Assembly: GCF_006345805.1 (NCBI RefSeq) | Contig: NC_042998.1 | Coordinates: forward strand, 3,100,001-3,164,000 | Source: Octopus sinensis | Taxonomy: Eukaryota | Reading direction: 5' to 3' | DNA length: 64,000 nucleotides | In this document: piece by piece, positions 12,979 to 25,660 of the stretch | Layout of the letters: the number at the start of each line of letters is the position of its first letter | Numbering within the stretch: the first letter of the stretch is position 1 | The notes under the pieces: generated by a model | What the model saw: only the letters and a program-made list of their open reading frames with translations | Databases searched by the model: none | What the model was told of the DNA's origin: nothing | Made by a program: the position numbers and the translations under genes

Positions 12979-14619
12979 CTTAATCCCTTTGTGTGTTCTT
13001 GTTTGTCCCCTGCGGGCAATAAAAAGTAAAAGAAATAAAGAAAAATAAATATAATTCTTGGTTGATACATGTTTAATCGTGGAAATTTAACATTATTCTC
13101 GAAAATAATCTTCATATAAAGAAGAGAAAATAAAAAGAGAAAAAGTATAAAAATTCCCTTTGAATTTTGATGATCAAGATATATGGAAGATTGTGTATGT
13201 TATACTTTTTCCCACCCAGGTGGTGGCAGAATTGGTAAAACAGCGGAGAAAATAGTTTGCGCTGCTCTGAGCTTAAAAGAATACGGCAGTTGAAGACTCT
13301 GTCTTTTTGCTCTTTGAAAGTTGATAAAACAAGTATCTGTCAAGAACTGCAGCTCATGTTTCGATTTAATCGGCAGTATCCTCACTCCAAACATTTCTGG
13401 TTCAGTGCCAATCGTATAAATCTCTGATATTTCTTCCTTCTAGATCGGGATGAAGTTGATTTAACAATGGCTGGGGTTAATATTATGGCTGCTCGTCAAG
13501 ACATTGTTTAAAGAAAACTGATACAACCATGTCTACTAAACATTTTGAAATGATTCAGGAATTTTACTGGCCAACTCCCGAAGATTTATGACTTATTCTA
13601 GAGCTACGCCCTCCCATTACAAAGCACACACATACATACACACACACACACACACGCATACACACACATACTCTCACCAGAAATAGAAATACAGAGACAA
13701 CTTTCAGAATCAATTATAGTTTGGAAGGAAATTTGGTAGGCGTGTTTGATGAACGCTGGACTGAATGACAGTAGAATATTTAATTTCTTCCAAATATATT
13801 CTGGTTTCAATCCCATCGCTTTTACCGGTAATGCACCAAGCTAAACGCATTCCACTACACCCTGCCACATAAAAAAAATTATCATTTTTATAGCCTGGCC
13901 ATCGGAAGAAGAGTAACACCAATGGCCTTTTCGAGCCTCAAATACCAAAGGTTGGAAGACAAAGAAAGAAACCAAGAATCATTGACTGATGAAACCACGA
14001 ATTATTTGAAGATTCGCTTCGAATAAAGTACACATAAAGTAGTACTCGGGCTGGAAACCTTGTTCAAGTTCTAGGAACAGAAAGGACTCGGATTAAGGTG
14101 CTAATTTGACAGCTTTTGTTAAATCAACGAGTAAATTAGGCCTACCACTCAAGATGAGGCTTTTTACCCCAAATAAATCATATTGCTGAAAGATTAGGTC
14201 CACTTCCCTTAAGTCACTACTCCAGCCAAGATTAAGCCACTGCTCGATGTGACCCACTATCCAAGAGTACGTCACCATCTGACGGTTAGATCCACCACTC
14301 AACATAAGTCTACCATAAATCAACATTAGTTTGGTAAATATGGTAGGGCGCCAAATAAATGCTTTGTGAATACTTTTGTTCATATATGCGTTAAATCTTT
14401 ATATATCTGAAGTTGAAAAGAAAGTACTGGAGTTACACAAGAGTAATTAAGTCCAATATACAATCTTCCCACCACCGTAATTAACTCAGTATTTTGTCAG
14501 GATCGACAAATCCAGGCCCGAATAAAGATGGCTTCAAGAGAGCCAGTTGGCATGGGCCTGTGAGAGAAGGAGGGCACACACTTTAGTAAAGAATTGCTTT
14601 TTCTTTTACACATTGCTGT

Positions 14620-15012
14620 ACTCTCTTCTATTTTACTCTGTTCTCTCTTTACTCTTTTTACTTTTTTACTTGTTTCAGTCATTTGAGTGTGGCCATGCTG
14701 GAGCACCGCCTTTAGTCGAGCAAATCGACCTCAAGACTTATTCTTTGTAAGCCTAGTACTTATTCTATCGATCGCTTTTGCCGAACCGCTAAGTTACGAG
14801 GACGTAAACACATCGGTTGTCAAGCGACGTTTGGGGGACAAACACAGACACACAAACACATACACACTCACATATATACATATACATATATACGACGGGC
14901 TTCTTTCAGTTTCCGTCTACCAAATCCACTCACAAAGCTTTGGTCAGTCTGAGGCTATAGTAGAAGACACTTGCCCAAGGTGCCACGCAGTGGGACTGAA
15001 CCCAGAACCATG
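14620..15012 (-). mobile_element. Composite SINE (tRNA head, central microsatellite, AAAGAGTA-type tail)
   Basis: Reverse complement of the family seen at 22502-23340, 24190-24760, 27790-28350 and 57060-57460. Confidence 0.75.
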
Positions 15013-15580
15013 TTCTGTTACTTGTAAGTACATTATGTACATTATACATGTATATACTAATAAGCCAAACAGAGACAGTAGGTGTGCATTTAGCACTGAT
15101 TGCTGCGCGGGGACCGGCATGTCAAAGAATAGACAGAATGATTTTTCTAAAGTGACTAAAAGAGATTGAGGCGGAATTTGCACTTTGATCTTGCAAAACG
15201 ACTATACCTCACCAGCAACGACTATCCCAACAGACCAATGAGTTGGAAGGTTGCCTCCTGGGTGATACAAAGGTGTCATCCGCCACGAGTAGAGAATCAC
15301 CAGCAAATGGTGGAGGTATCGACACTCTGTTACAGTGCATGCTCCCTTGCTGCTGCTGCTGCTGTTGTTGTTGTTGTTGTTAAGCAACAAGACGGGTAAG
15401 GGTGATTAGGTGATGGTCTAGGGCTTAGGGGCGGGAGACCCCAGACCTTGGAAAAAAAAAATTTGGTCGTCTTGTTGTAGTCGAGGGCTCTTCGTTGACG
15501 CACGACACCACTGGGAGGTGGCCCTCGAAGTCGCTGGAAATGGAGATTTCCAGGTCCAAATTCTTGAACGGCTGCTGTTG

Positions 15581-15649
<69 letters not shown>

Positions 15650-16069
15650 AGTATTTGATGATTATTTAAATATGTGGATTATATATCAAATCTGGCTTAG
15701 GCAAGTATTTAGTATTTTAAGAACTTGGGAACATAGACATCTCATAATCTCTATTGTGCTTTACTTTCCAGATTAGCAATTAATTTTTTTTTTACCCATC
15801 CTTGCTTCCCAAAACTGCAACTAACTGGAATTTCCTTCACAGCCACTTTTTGTTTTTTATCTTTATATTATTCATATTTTATATTTATTTATGTTTTTTT
15901 GCAGACATTAGTTGGCAAATGTTGATGTGTCTAGGATAGAGTGCAGAGGTCATAGGGCAAGCACAAGTATAAAAATAAATGAGAATAATGGAAAAACGCT
16001 GCGACCATTTCCCTATCAAGGTACAGTTTAGCACACTTTAATATACATACATGCATACATATCACCACT

Positions 16070-16108
<39 letters not shown>

Positions 16109-16551
16109 ATGTGTATACGCATCTATATACATATATATATATATATATCTCGATACACATTTTGTATAAAATGGTCTGTTTTTCCTTTCGTATTATTGTC
16201 TTGGAAGATTTTTTGTTTTCTTCTGTGCTTTTCTTTGAACACTCTTGTTCATGGGGCAGCCACCTTGCTTGAAAGGAGGACGTGTGGGCGACTATTAGCA
16301 TTAAACGCCCAAAAGTAAACATACCATTGGCTGGTACCAAATTAGCTGACATACTGTCGTTTAATCAACAACTTGAAACGAAAATGTTCGCAAAAAAATG
16401 CTGCCACATTTTTTTGAGAAACTGCACAACACTTGAACATCACAAACTGGCAAAAAAAAAGAGAGCAGAAATCGTTTTAGTGTAACCACCACCATCACCA
16501 CTTACGTGATACACACAGACCCGGGTTTCTTATCGCTAGCTGGTGATTATC

Positions 16552-16594
16552 ACACACTCATGACGGGTTACTACACAGAAACCCGGGCCTGTGT
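16552..16594 (+). pseudogene. Degenerate hammerhead copy
   Basis: Core CTCATGA instead of CTGATGA, broken stem II, GCC instead of GTC at the cleavage triplet. Confidence 0.65.
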
Positions 16595-16845
16595 GTATCA
16601 CGTAAGGCTAGAGATGGGAACGATGATTTCCCTTCGCAAATACTAATCAGACACAGACAGTTTGCCGTTAGCTAGCTGGAGGAGATGTCTTCCTGGGGCT
16701 ATAAACAACAGTAGCATCGTTCCCTATGAGTCCGCCACTTTTAGGTGGAAATATACTTCATGTTTCCGTGCTGCTACTGTTTACTGGAAAAAGCATATAG
16801 CATTTTGCGTTTGGAATGAGTTCTCATTGCTAGCTGGTGATTATC

Positions 16846-16888
16846 ACACACTGATGATGGGTTACTACCCAGAAACCCGGGTCTGTGT
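16846..16888 (+). ncRNA. Minimal type I hammerhead ribozyme motif
   Basis: Stem I ACACA/TGTGT; CTGATGA 16851-16857; stem II TGGGT-tact-ACCCA; GAAA 16872-16875; perfect palindrome ACCCGGGT as stem III; canonical GTC triplet ending at 16883. Confidence 0.85.
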
Positions 16889-17019
16889 ACCACGTAAGGC
16901 TAGAGATAGGAACGATGATTTTCCTTTGCAAATACTAAACAGATACAGATAGTGTGTCGTTAGCCACGGATGCTGGCATTTTTAATATTTTCCGTGAATT
17001 TTTCACGGGTCCAGTTAGC

Positions 17020-17360
17020 GAATATTAATTTGCTCATCTAACTTAATTCGAACCAGTTGTTTTGAACGCCGTTGGCTAATCGTCCTGAGAAATAATCTCG
17101 TATAGACGTTAGGTACAAAATGCTGATTATATGAGTCGACGAAATTTCCTCAGCGCCGGTAGGTGGGACTGTTGTATCGCGCTGAAATCACATGATACAA
17201 CTGTCCGATCCGTCGGTGCTGACTAAATTTTCGTCTGTCAATACAATTTGTGCTCTTTAACGCCTAACGTCTATACGAGATGATTTTCAGGATGATAGCC
17301 ACAGCCTAACGCATTCAAAACTGTGCATCTAAATTAAGTTAGCTGTGCAATTTTTTATTA
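17020..17360. repeat. Diverged foldback (~95-bp arms; 19-bp perfect core at 17095-17113 / 17263-17281)
   Basis: ATCTCGTATAGACGTTAGG versus CCTAACGTCTATACGAGAT, with outward-extending imperfect complementarity. Confidence 0.6.
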
Positions 17361-18049
17361 TTCGTTACAAAAGCTGCTTCTGACACTAATAGGTAATTCA
17401 GTGGAAATCAATTTTAAAATGCTTATCAATACAAATCAACTATTTCGATGGTGCATCCGCAACATCCAGCCGTTCCTGATCGATGAAACCTATTTTTTCC
17501 GTAGTTTTTTTCGAGTATCTCACTGCCAAATATTTGGCTGCTATTTCTAGCAGGCCCTGCTACCACGTAACAGCTATTTGCGATAAAGGACTCGAAATAC
17601 CTGTTACGTGGTAGCAGAGCATGCAAGGAATAGCAGCCAAATCTTTTCTTTTCCGAGGAAAGGAGCCGTTTACGCGTGATTTCGATGTCACATTCGTTGA
17701 AAGTACGCAAAATAACTTAGAAAAGGAGAAAACAGCCCACGAAACAAAACTCTGTTGCTGGGAAACACAAACTTTACAGGTGACTCCACGGTTCAACACA
17801 AACACCAATACACTATCTGTGACATATACACACACATAGTCTTCTCTCTCCATCTCCCTCCCCCTCTCTCTCATACATTCTCTAAGAAAAAAAACGTCGA
17901 CTTTTTGACGTACACACACACTGGCATACAGAAAACATTATCAATATCCTTTCAGACAATGTATGCATACTCACAATTTTCTTCAGACATATTAAGTAGA
18001 CTACTATTGTTTGGATAGTTCCAATTAAATAAGTCCAGAAGTTAGGTTG

Positions 18050-18059
18050 AATATATATA

Positions 18060-18101
<42 letters not shown>

Positions 18102-18247
18102 AATATCAAATAACTATATAGAATAATATAATATATATATTATATATCTATAAATATAGATTATATAATATATATAATATATATAATATAATGAATATAT
18201 AATATTATATATATTAATATATATATATATATATATATGTTAATAGA

Positions 18248-18294
<47 letters not shown>

Positions 18295-18332
18295 TATATA
18301 ATATATATATAGATATATATATAATATATTAT

Positions 18333-18364
<32 letters not shown>

Positions 18365-18506
18365 ATATATATATATAATATTATATATATATATATAATA
18401 TATATATATGTAATATATATATATATATATAATATATATATATAATATATATATCGATATATATATATATAATATATATATAATATATAATATATATATA
18501 TAATAG

Positions 18507-18538
<32 letters not shown>

Positions 18539-18696
18539 ATATATATATATATATAATATATATATATATATAATATATATATATATATAATAATATATAT
18601 ATATATATATAATATATATATATATTAGATATAAATATATATATAATATATATATATGTATATAATATATATATATATAATATATAATATATATAT

Positions 18697-18753
<57 letters not shown>

Positions 18754-18790
18754 ATATATAATATATATATAAACTCTCCCATATATATAT
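18050..18790. repeat. Long interrupted (TA)n tract
   Basis: Direct inspection. Confidence 0.95.
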
Positions 18791-19438
18791 GCAGAAGTAC
18801 CATGAATTCCCATTCTACAAATTGGCAAACAATTCCGTGAATACTTTACCGGGCAACGTTGGGTAGTAAGTCTAGTAATATATAATATATATGCCATGAT
18901 AGATCGTTAGCCATTACACACATTTTTTCTCTCCTTGTTTTTTCTGTGTCCCTTTGTGTAGAAGAGTGTAGGCTCGAAACGTAAAAGACTTTTTCTATTC
19001 CTGAGCGTTATACTAATACATCTATTTGTTTTGTACACCACATGTCTTTTGTTTTGTTTTTTCGTAAACTCTCCCTATATATATATATATAATGGTTTCA
19101 AATTTAGGCAGTAGGCCAACAATTTCAGGGAAAGGTGGGAAGCTGATTACATTAACCCCAGCGCTCAGCTGGTATTCATTTTATCACCCCGAAAGGATGA
19201 AGTGAAATTTAATTCATAAATGTGTTGCGTGTGTGTGTGTCCGTATGCACTCATTAATCTAAATGTTTCGAATGTATATGCGTTTTTATGTGGGATTTGG
19301 GGAAATTTCTACTTCAGTGGTAAGGCAAAGCTAACGTCGTTTGGATTTGAACTCGTAACATAAAGACCCGGAAAGCGACTGTACTAATAATAATGATTTC
19401 TGACTAACGTACAAGGCCAGCACTTTTGAGAAGAGATG

Positions 19439-19570
19439 GGATCTTTTCGCTTTGAACGGCAGTTTTTTCTAGCGGTGTCATATGAAATTGTCACCCATAT
19501 ATATAATATATATATATATATATAATATATATTATTATATATATATATATTATAATATATATAATAATAT

Positions 19571-19608
<38 letters not shown>

Positions 19609-20819
19609 ATAAGGAAGAGAGAAATGGTCATGGAGCTCGCAAAGCGTGCAAGCCCCGTCGTCTGAGCGCCATGAGGGCGGGCCGACGCCGGCAGGGTGGT
19701 TGCGCGGTCGGCAGCAGAGAGATGCGGCGTGTCGGCGGGCTGCCGCGACTGCTACTGCTGCGCTGTTAGAGGGCCGAAACAAGAGCATTCGGTGGTACTC
19801 GGGCGAGGGGGCCCGGCCGCGACTTTTGGCTCGGCAAGTCTCGCGAAGAGACTGCGCGCTAGGAGGCGAGGAAAGACGGCCGCGCGTTACGGTGGTCATC
19901 GGTAGGCGCCGGGCGGCGCCCTCGGCCTAGGCCGAATCGCGCGGTCGGCGAGGCAGGAAGGAAGAGAGAAATGGTCATGGAGCTCGCAAAGCGTGCAAGC
20001 CCCGTCGTCCGAGCGCCATGAGGGCGGGCCGACGCCGGCAGGGTGGTTGCGCGGTCGGCAGCAGAGAGTCGCGGCGTGTCGGCGGGCTGCCGCGACTGCT
20101 ACTGCTGCGCTGTTAGAGGGCCGAATCAAGAGCATTCGGTGGTACTCGGGCGAGGGGGCCCGGCCGCGACTTGTGTGTGTGTTGCTCGGCAAGTTTCGCG
20201 TAGTAATTGCGCGCTAGGAGGCGAGGAAAAAGACGGCCGCGCGCTACGGTGGTCATCGGAAGGCGCCGGGCGGCGCCCACGGCCTAGGCCGAATCGCGCG
20301 GTCGGCGAGGCAGGAAGGAAGAGAGAAATGGTCATGGAGCTCGGCAGGGTGGTTGCGCGGTCGGCAGCAGAGAGTCGCGGCGAGTCGGCGGGCGGCCGCG
20401 ACCGCTACTGCTGCGCTGTTAGAGGGCCGAAACAAGAGCAGAATGATGACCCTAGTATCGATCTATTGCATTTCAATCTGTTTTAGGGTTATGGTTACTT
20501 AGGATTATGGTTAGGGTTAGGGGTGGGGGTAAGGGTATCTTTTTTCTTCAGAAATGTAAATAAACCCGATCTGTTTCTTAAACGAGGGACATATTCATAC
20601 GGCACAGAATGTTTTCACCTCAATAGACGTCATTGATTGGTTGAAATTGCAGAAATTGAAGAAAAAGAACAACAAATATCTTACAAACTATAGAATTTTC
20701 TCAATAAAGCCAAGAGAAAAAGATGTTTTATAAACACATTCTACCAGTATACGAAGTTTAAAAGTGTTTAGTTACGTGGAAATTATTTTTAAAAACTGCC
20801 GTTCAAACCGAAAAGATCC
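19439..20819 (+). mobile_element. GGATC-MITE copy interrupted by a (TA)n run and GC-rich tandem cargo
   Basis: TIRs GGATCTTTTCG.TTTGAACGGCAGTTTT and its reverse complement; perfect 8-bp TSD AAGAGATG (19431-19438, 20820-20827); body matches 58294-58723. Confidence 0.85.
19611..20442. repeat. GC/CpG-rich tandem repeat, ~350-bp unit, about 2.4 copies
   Basis: Unit starts at 19611, 19958 and 20315; the third copy is internally deleted and truncated. Confidence 0.9.
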
Positions 20820-21880
20820 AAGAGATGATTAGACGTGTCAATATAACTCAGTATTTCACTGGTACTATATTTTATCGACCGCAGATGGATGAAAACAAAA
20901 GTTGACTTTCATGGGATTTGAACGCAGAACATAAAGAACCAGAAGGAACACTTCAAAGATTTTATTCGTACGTTCTAACGATTCTGCTAAAAGAAGTTTT
21001 GCTGGTATGCAGTAAGAAAAGGTTTCGCTGAATCTAGAAAGTTGTTGAGTGTAGCGTTAGTGTATTAACTCTGTACAAACTAATGGAAGGCTATTGCCTT
21101 ACATGTTCGTATGTTTAAGACGGTAGCTAGTCTAACGCCCCTGCGTACACACACGCATGTACGCACACGTGTACACACGCTTGCGTATTAACACAGGCAC
21201 AATCACAGACACACACATACAGGTATATGCATACACGCATACCGTCACTCATACACTCACGCAGACACGCATATACCACACACATACATAAGTATCTACG
21301 CACACACCACACACACACACATACACACACACTCAATGCTTAATTATACTGGAGAGCATTGCAGGTAGAGCAAACAAAACAGAGCCATTGTAGTTTGTGT
21401 AATGAAGTAGGCGTGTGGTAATAGCTTTTTGTAAAAAGAGACAACGAAAGAAAAGAGGGGGAAGAATGAATTAGAGAGGTAAGGGAGAGAGAGAGAGAAT
21501 GAGAGAAGGAGTGAGTTCATGTGTGTGTGTGAGAGGGACAGGAAGTTAAGGAGAGGAGGCGAGAGTAAAGCATGAGAGGAGAAATCTCTTGTCACAAAAA
21601 CGCAAATTTAGTTTAAACGCACGTTGAAAAAAAGGCGCGAGTTATACAGACAAACGGAGACTTGAAAGCACGTGTAGCATAAAACAATAATAAAAATTTA
21701 TACGTTTTTTAAAATAGATGCATTCTGTTTTGTGTGTACGTGTGTGTGTGTGTATGTGTGTGCGTGCGTGTGTGTGTGTAGCATGTTTATCTGTGTATGT
21801 GTATGTGTGTGTGTGTGTGTGAGACAAGGAAGGTGTCACTTAAGAAATTAGTAGGTAAACAACACGGTAAATCAGCATGA

Positions 21881-21953
21881 GGGCTTGTGGCGCAATGGAT
21901 AACGCGTCTGACTACGGATCAGAAGATTCCAGGTTCGAATCCTGGCAAGCTCG
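21881..21953 (+). tRNA. tRNA-Arg-ACG: tRNA-Arg(ACG), intact
   Basis: GGGCTTGTGGCGCAATGGATAACGCGTCTGACTACGGATCAGAAGATTCCAGGTTCGAATCCTGGCAAGCTCG; 73-nt cloverleaf, anticodon ACG, A and B boxes, downstream TTTT. Confidence 0.95.
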
Positions 21954-22501
21954 TATTACTTTTATTTCGCTAACATGTGAACTGGGAATAATGACTATTT
22001 TAAATGTTTGTGATTGTACGAACGCACATAATAATGTTTGTGTATCTGTGTGTTTCAGCGTGTTGCATATCTGTGTTGTTGACAGTATACATAAGTTATA
22101 ATGTGTAAGTAGTAACTGCTAATAGCACAATGGATTGCAAGTTTGCCTACGAGACAGGAGTTCGAATCCTGGCAAACTCGCATTCATTTTATTTCTGAAA
22201 CATTTGGGTAAGTAGTACTAATGATTATTTTAGACAATGCATTTCAGAAATGACAGCATATATTCATGATTGTACATATATTCGTGTGAGTCTTTGACAG
22301 GCAATGAAAATAAAAGAATTCCTTCATAAGAATCAACTATTGATTACGCCAGACCCTGTGGGGCAATGAATAACGCGTCTAATTGTAGATCAGATTCCAG
22401 GGTCGAACTCTTGAAAAATCGGGCGCATTTTATTTGAAGAACATGGGGGTACTAATAATATTTTTGTTGGTGTATTTTAGAAAATTATATAATCACCAAT
22501 A

Positions 22502-23340
22502 GGCGCAGGAGTGGCTGTGTGGTTAAGTAGCTTGCTTACCAACCACATAAGGTTCCGGGTTCAGTCCCACTGCGTGGCACTTTGGGCAAATGTCTTCTGT
22601 TATAGCCTCGGGCCGACCAAAGCATTGTGAGTGGATTTGGTAGACTGAAACTGAAAGAAGCCCGTCGTATATATATGTAATTAATTTTTATTCTCAAACG
22701 CAGGATAATGCTAATAATATAGCATGAACAGGATACATTATCCATATTCTGCAAACTTTGGGTAGTATGTCTTGTGCATGCTATATTATTAACATTATCC
22801 TGCGTTTGAGAATAAAGATTACTTCCTTAACTTTCTAGACATCTCAACGCTTCGAAAGAAAACTTTGTTTACTTTCATATAGTTATGTTTTTGTGTGTGC
22901 GTGTGCATCTTTGTTTGTCCCACCACCACCTATTTCTTTATTACCCACAAGGGGCTAAACACAGAGGGGACAAACAAGGACAGACATAGGTATTAAGTCG
23001 ATTACATCGACCCCAGTACGTAACTGGTACTTATTTAATCGACCCCGAAAGGATGAAAGGCTAAGTCGACCTCGGCGGAATTTGAACTCAGAACGTAACG
23101 GCAGACGAAATACGGCTAAGCATTTCGCCCGGCGTGCTAACGTTTCTGCCAGCTCGCCGCCTTCGCTTGGCAACCGATGTTGGTGTGTTTACGTTCCCAT
23201 AACTTAGCGATTCGGAAAAAGAGCTCAATAGACTAAGTACTGGGCTTACGAAGACTAAGTCCTGGGGCAGATTTGTTCGATTAAACGCGGTGTTCCAGCA
23301 TGGCCGCAGTCAAATGACTGAATCAAATAAAAGAATAAAC
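22502..23340 (+). mobile_element. Composite SINE carrying a 144-bp hairpin and a nested SINE
   Basis: Head GGCGCAGGAGTGGCTGTGTGG with B-box GGTTCAGTCCC; body ends GAAACTGAAAGAAGCCCGTCG; tail CGATGTTGGTGTGTTTACG...GACTGAA.CAAATAAAAG. Confidence 0.75.
22930..23161 (-). mobile_element. SINE (GGCGGCGAGCTGGC family) nested in another SINE
   Basis: Reverse complement of the 2706 family, splitting the host at CCACC|TTCGCTTG. Confidence 0.75.
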
Positions 23341-23602
23341 ATCAGGTATTACGTATGCGAGATCGTCTGGGGAAATGGATTAGATTCCAGGTTTAAATCG
23401 GGTGAATTTTATTTGAGAAACATGGGGGGAAGCGGTGCAAATAATAATTTTGCTGGTGAATTTCTGAAAGGTTTATAATCACGTGTATGAGTGTGAGTGT
23501 GCGCGGGTGCATAGGTCCGTGTCTGTGTGTGCCTGCAGGTATATCTGCAGGTGTTAGCCAGTAAAGGAATTAGGAGATAAGTATACGCGTTCAGCAGCAA
23601 GA

Positions 23603-23675
23603 GGGCTTGTGGCGCAATGGATAACGCGTCTGACTACGGATCAGAAGATTCCAGGTTCGAATCCTGGCAAGCTCG
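23603..23675 (+). tRNA. tRNA-Arg-ACG: tRNA-Arg(ACG), intact
   Basis: Identical to the consensus 73-mer. Confidence 0.95.
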
Positions 23676-24236
23676 TAATCGTTTTATATCTCAGGTTGGG
23701 GTAGTGAGTCCTTTCTAGCAGATGACTAGTCGTGAGTATATATCAGCACGTGTGCATATCTGTGTTGTCTGGAAATAAGAGTTAGCAAAGATAAGTGCGC
23801 AAGCAGCAACTCCCGACAGCACAATAGAATAGACGTTTCCCTACGGGTCAGAAGATTCGGGTTTCGAATCCTGACAAGTTCGCACATGCATTTTAATTTT
23901 GAATCATTAGGATAATGATAACGCAATGGATGACAGAAATTTCCAGGTTCGAATCCTGGCGAGTTCGTAACAGATTTATCTCGGGAAGTTGGGGTAGTGA
24001 GTATTTTTATGATGTGTATCTGAAATTTATACACCTGGTAACTATACGTATGCACGTATACATTTGTGGGTGTGTATCAGCACGTGAGCATATCTATGTT
24101 GTTGACAGAAGATAAAGGTTAGCAGAAAGATCAAAGCGTAAGTAGTAACTAACGATAGCGCATTGCATTACACGTTTTCCTACACGTGGATTTGATTGAT
24201 GGAAACTGAAAGAAGCCCGTCGTATAAATATACGTT

Positions 24237-24380
24237 AGTAATTTTTATTCTCAAACGCAGGATAATGCTAATAATATAGCATGAACAGGATAAACTACCC
24301 ATATTCTGAAAACTTTGGGTAGTTTATCTTGTGCATGCTATATTATTAACATTATCCTGCGTTTGAGAATGAAGATTACT
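24237..24380 (+). other. 144-bp near-perfect hairpin (65-bp arms, 14-nt loop); paralogues at about 22682-22823 and 27852-27983
   Basis: Arms 24237-24301 and 24316-24380 differ at 5 positions, 3 of which are G-U wobbles on the + strand. Confidence 0.8.
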
Positions 24381-24444
24381 TCCTTAACTTTCTAGACATC
24401 TCAACACTTCGAAAGAAAACTTTGTTTACTTTCATATAGTTATA

Positions 24445-24476
<32 letters not shown>

Positions 24477-24529
24477 AATGTCTGTGTGTGTATGCGTGTG
24501 TGTATATGTGTGTGTCGTGTGTGTATGTG

Positions 24530-24571
<42 letters not shown>

Positions 24572-25037
24572 ATCTGTGTTTTTCCCCCACCATCGCTTGA
24601 TAACCGATGTTGGTATGTTCCCGTAACTTAGCGATACGGGAAGAGAGCTCGATAGACTAAGTACTGGGCTTACAAAGAATAATTTTAGGGTAGATTTGTT
24701 CGACTAAACGCGGTGTTCCAGCATGGCCGCAGTCAAATGACTGAAACAAATAAAAGAATAAGCATCAGATATTACCTATGCGAGATCGTCTGGCGAAATG
24801 GATTAGATTCCAGGTGTAAACGCTGGCAAAATCGGGTGAACTTTATTTCAGGAACATGGGGAAAGTAGTGCTAACAATAATTCTGAAATTTATGTAATCA
24901 TGTGTATGTATGTGTGTGTGCGCGCGCGTGCATAGGTCTGTCTCTGCGTGTGCCTGCAGGTATATCTGAAGTTTGTCCACAACAGGCGTTAGTCAGTAAA
25001 GGAATTAGGAGATAAGTATACACGCTTAGCAGTAAGA

Positions 25038-25110
25038 GGGCTTGTGGCGCAATGGATAACGCGTCTGACTACGGATCAGAAGATTCCAGGTTCGAATCCT
25101 GGCAAGCTCG
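25038..25110 (+). tRNA. tRNA-Arg-ACG: tRNA-Arg(ACG), intact
   Basis: Identical to the consensus 73-mer. Confidence 0.95.
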
Positions 25111-25660
25111 CATTTGTTTTATGTCTCATGAGTGGATATCAGCACGTGTGCATATCTGTGTTGTCAGTAAATAAGAATTAGCAAACAGATAAGTCCGTGA
25201 GTAGTAATTCCCGATAGCACCATGGGATACATGTTTCCCTACGGGTGAGAAGATTCCGGGTTCGAATCCTGACAAGTTCGCATGCATTTTAATTTTGAAA
25301 CATTTGGGTACATATGATTAATTTGGACGATGCATTTCAGAAAAGAAAGCCTCTATTCATGATTTTACCGGTGCACGTATATACGAGCAGGCCTTTACGA
25401 GCATATTTGCCTGTCTCTGGCAGGCAATGAAAGTAAAAGAATTCCTTCATAAGCATCATCGACTGACTACGCGAGACCCTGAGACGCAATGCATAACGCG
25501 TCTAATTAAGGATCAGAAGATTCCGTGTGTGAACTCTGGTAAAATCGGAAGCATTTTACTCCAGGAACATCGGAGACAATGGTGCTAATAATATTTTTGT
25601 TGGTTTATTTTTAAAATTATACGATCATCAGTGTGTGTCTGCATGTCTGTGTGTGTGAGC

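Larger units (their letters stand above)
16501..16955 (+). mobile_element. Retrozyme-like / PLE-pLTR-like element: two ~125-bp direct repeats each with a hammerhead motif, 294 nt apart, preceded by a 30-bp inverted fragment
   Basis: 16535-16660 resembles 16827-16955; 16501-16530 is a 29/30 reverse complement of 16577-16606. Confidence 0.65.

Noticed and set aside
13200-14400. Possible decayed coding sequence (e.g. DRDEVDLTMAGVNIMAARQDIV, faintly like an iGluR S1 motif)
   Set aside because: Immediately followed by a stop, with no consistent frame or splice pattern; cannot be supported without a search.
17950-17990. CTGAAGA...GAAA on the minus strand
   Set aside because: No stem II adjacent to the core and no stem I.
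18945-19000. Hammerhead-like string GAAGAG-tgtagg-CTC-GAAACGTA-AAAG (related copy near 1975-2015)
   Set aside because: Lacks the CUGA core with correct spacing to stem I; at best a decayed ribozyme-derived repeat.
19482-20486. Overlapping 70-147-aa ORFs in the GC-rich repeat
   Set aside because: ORFs in several frames on both strands are expected from high GC content and tandem repetition; no recognisable domain.
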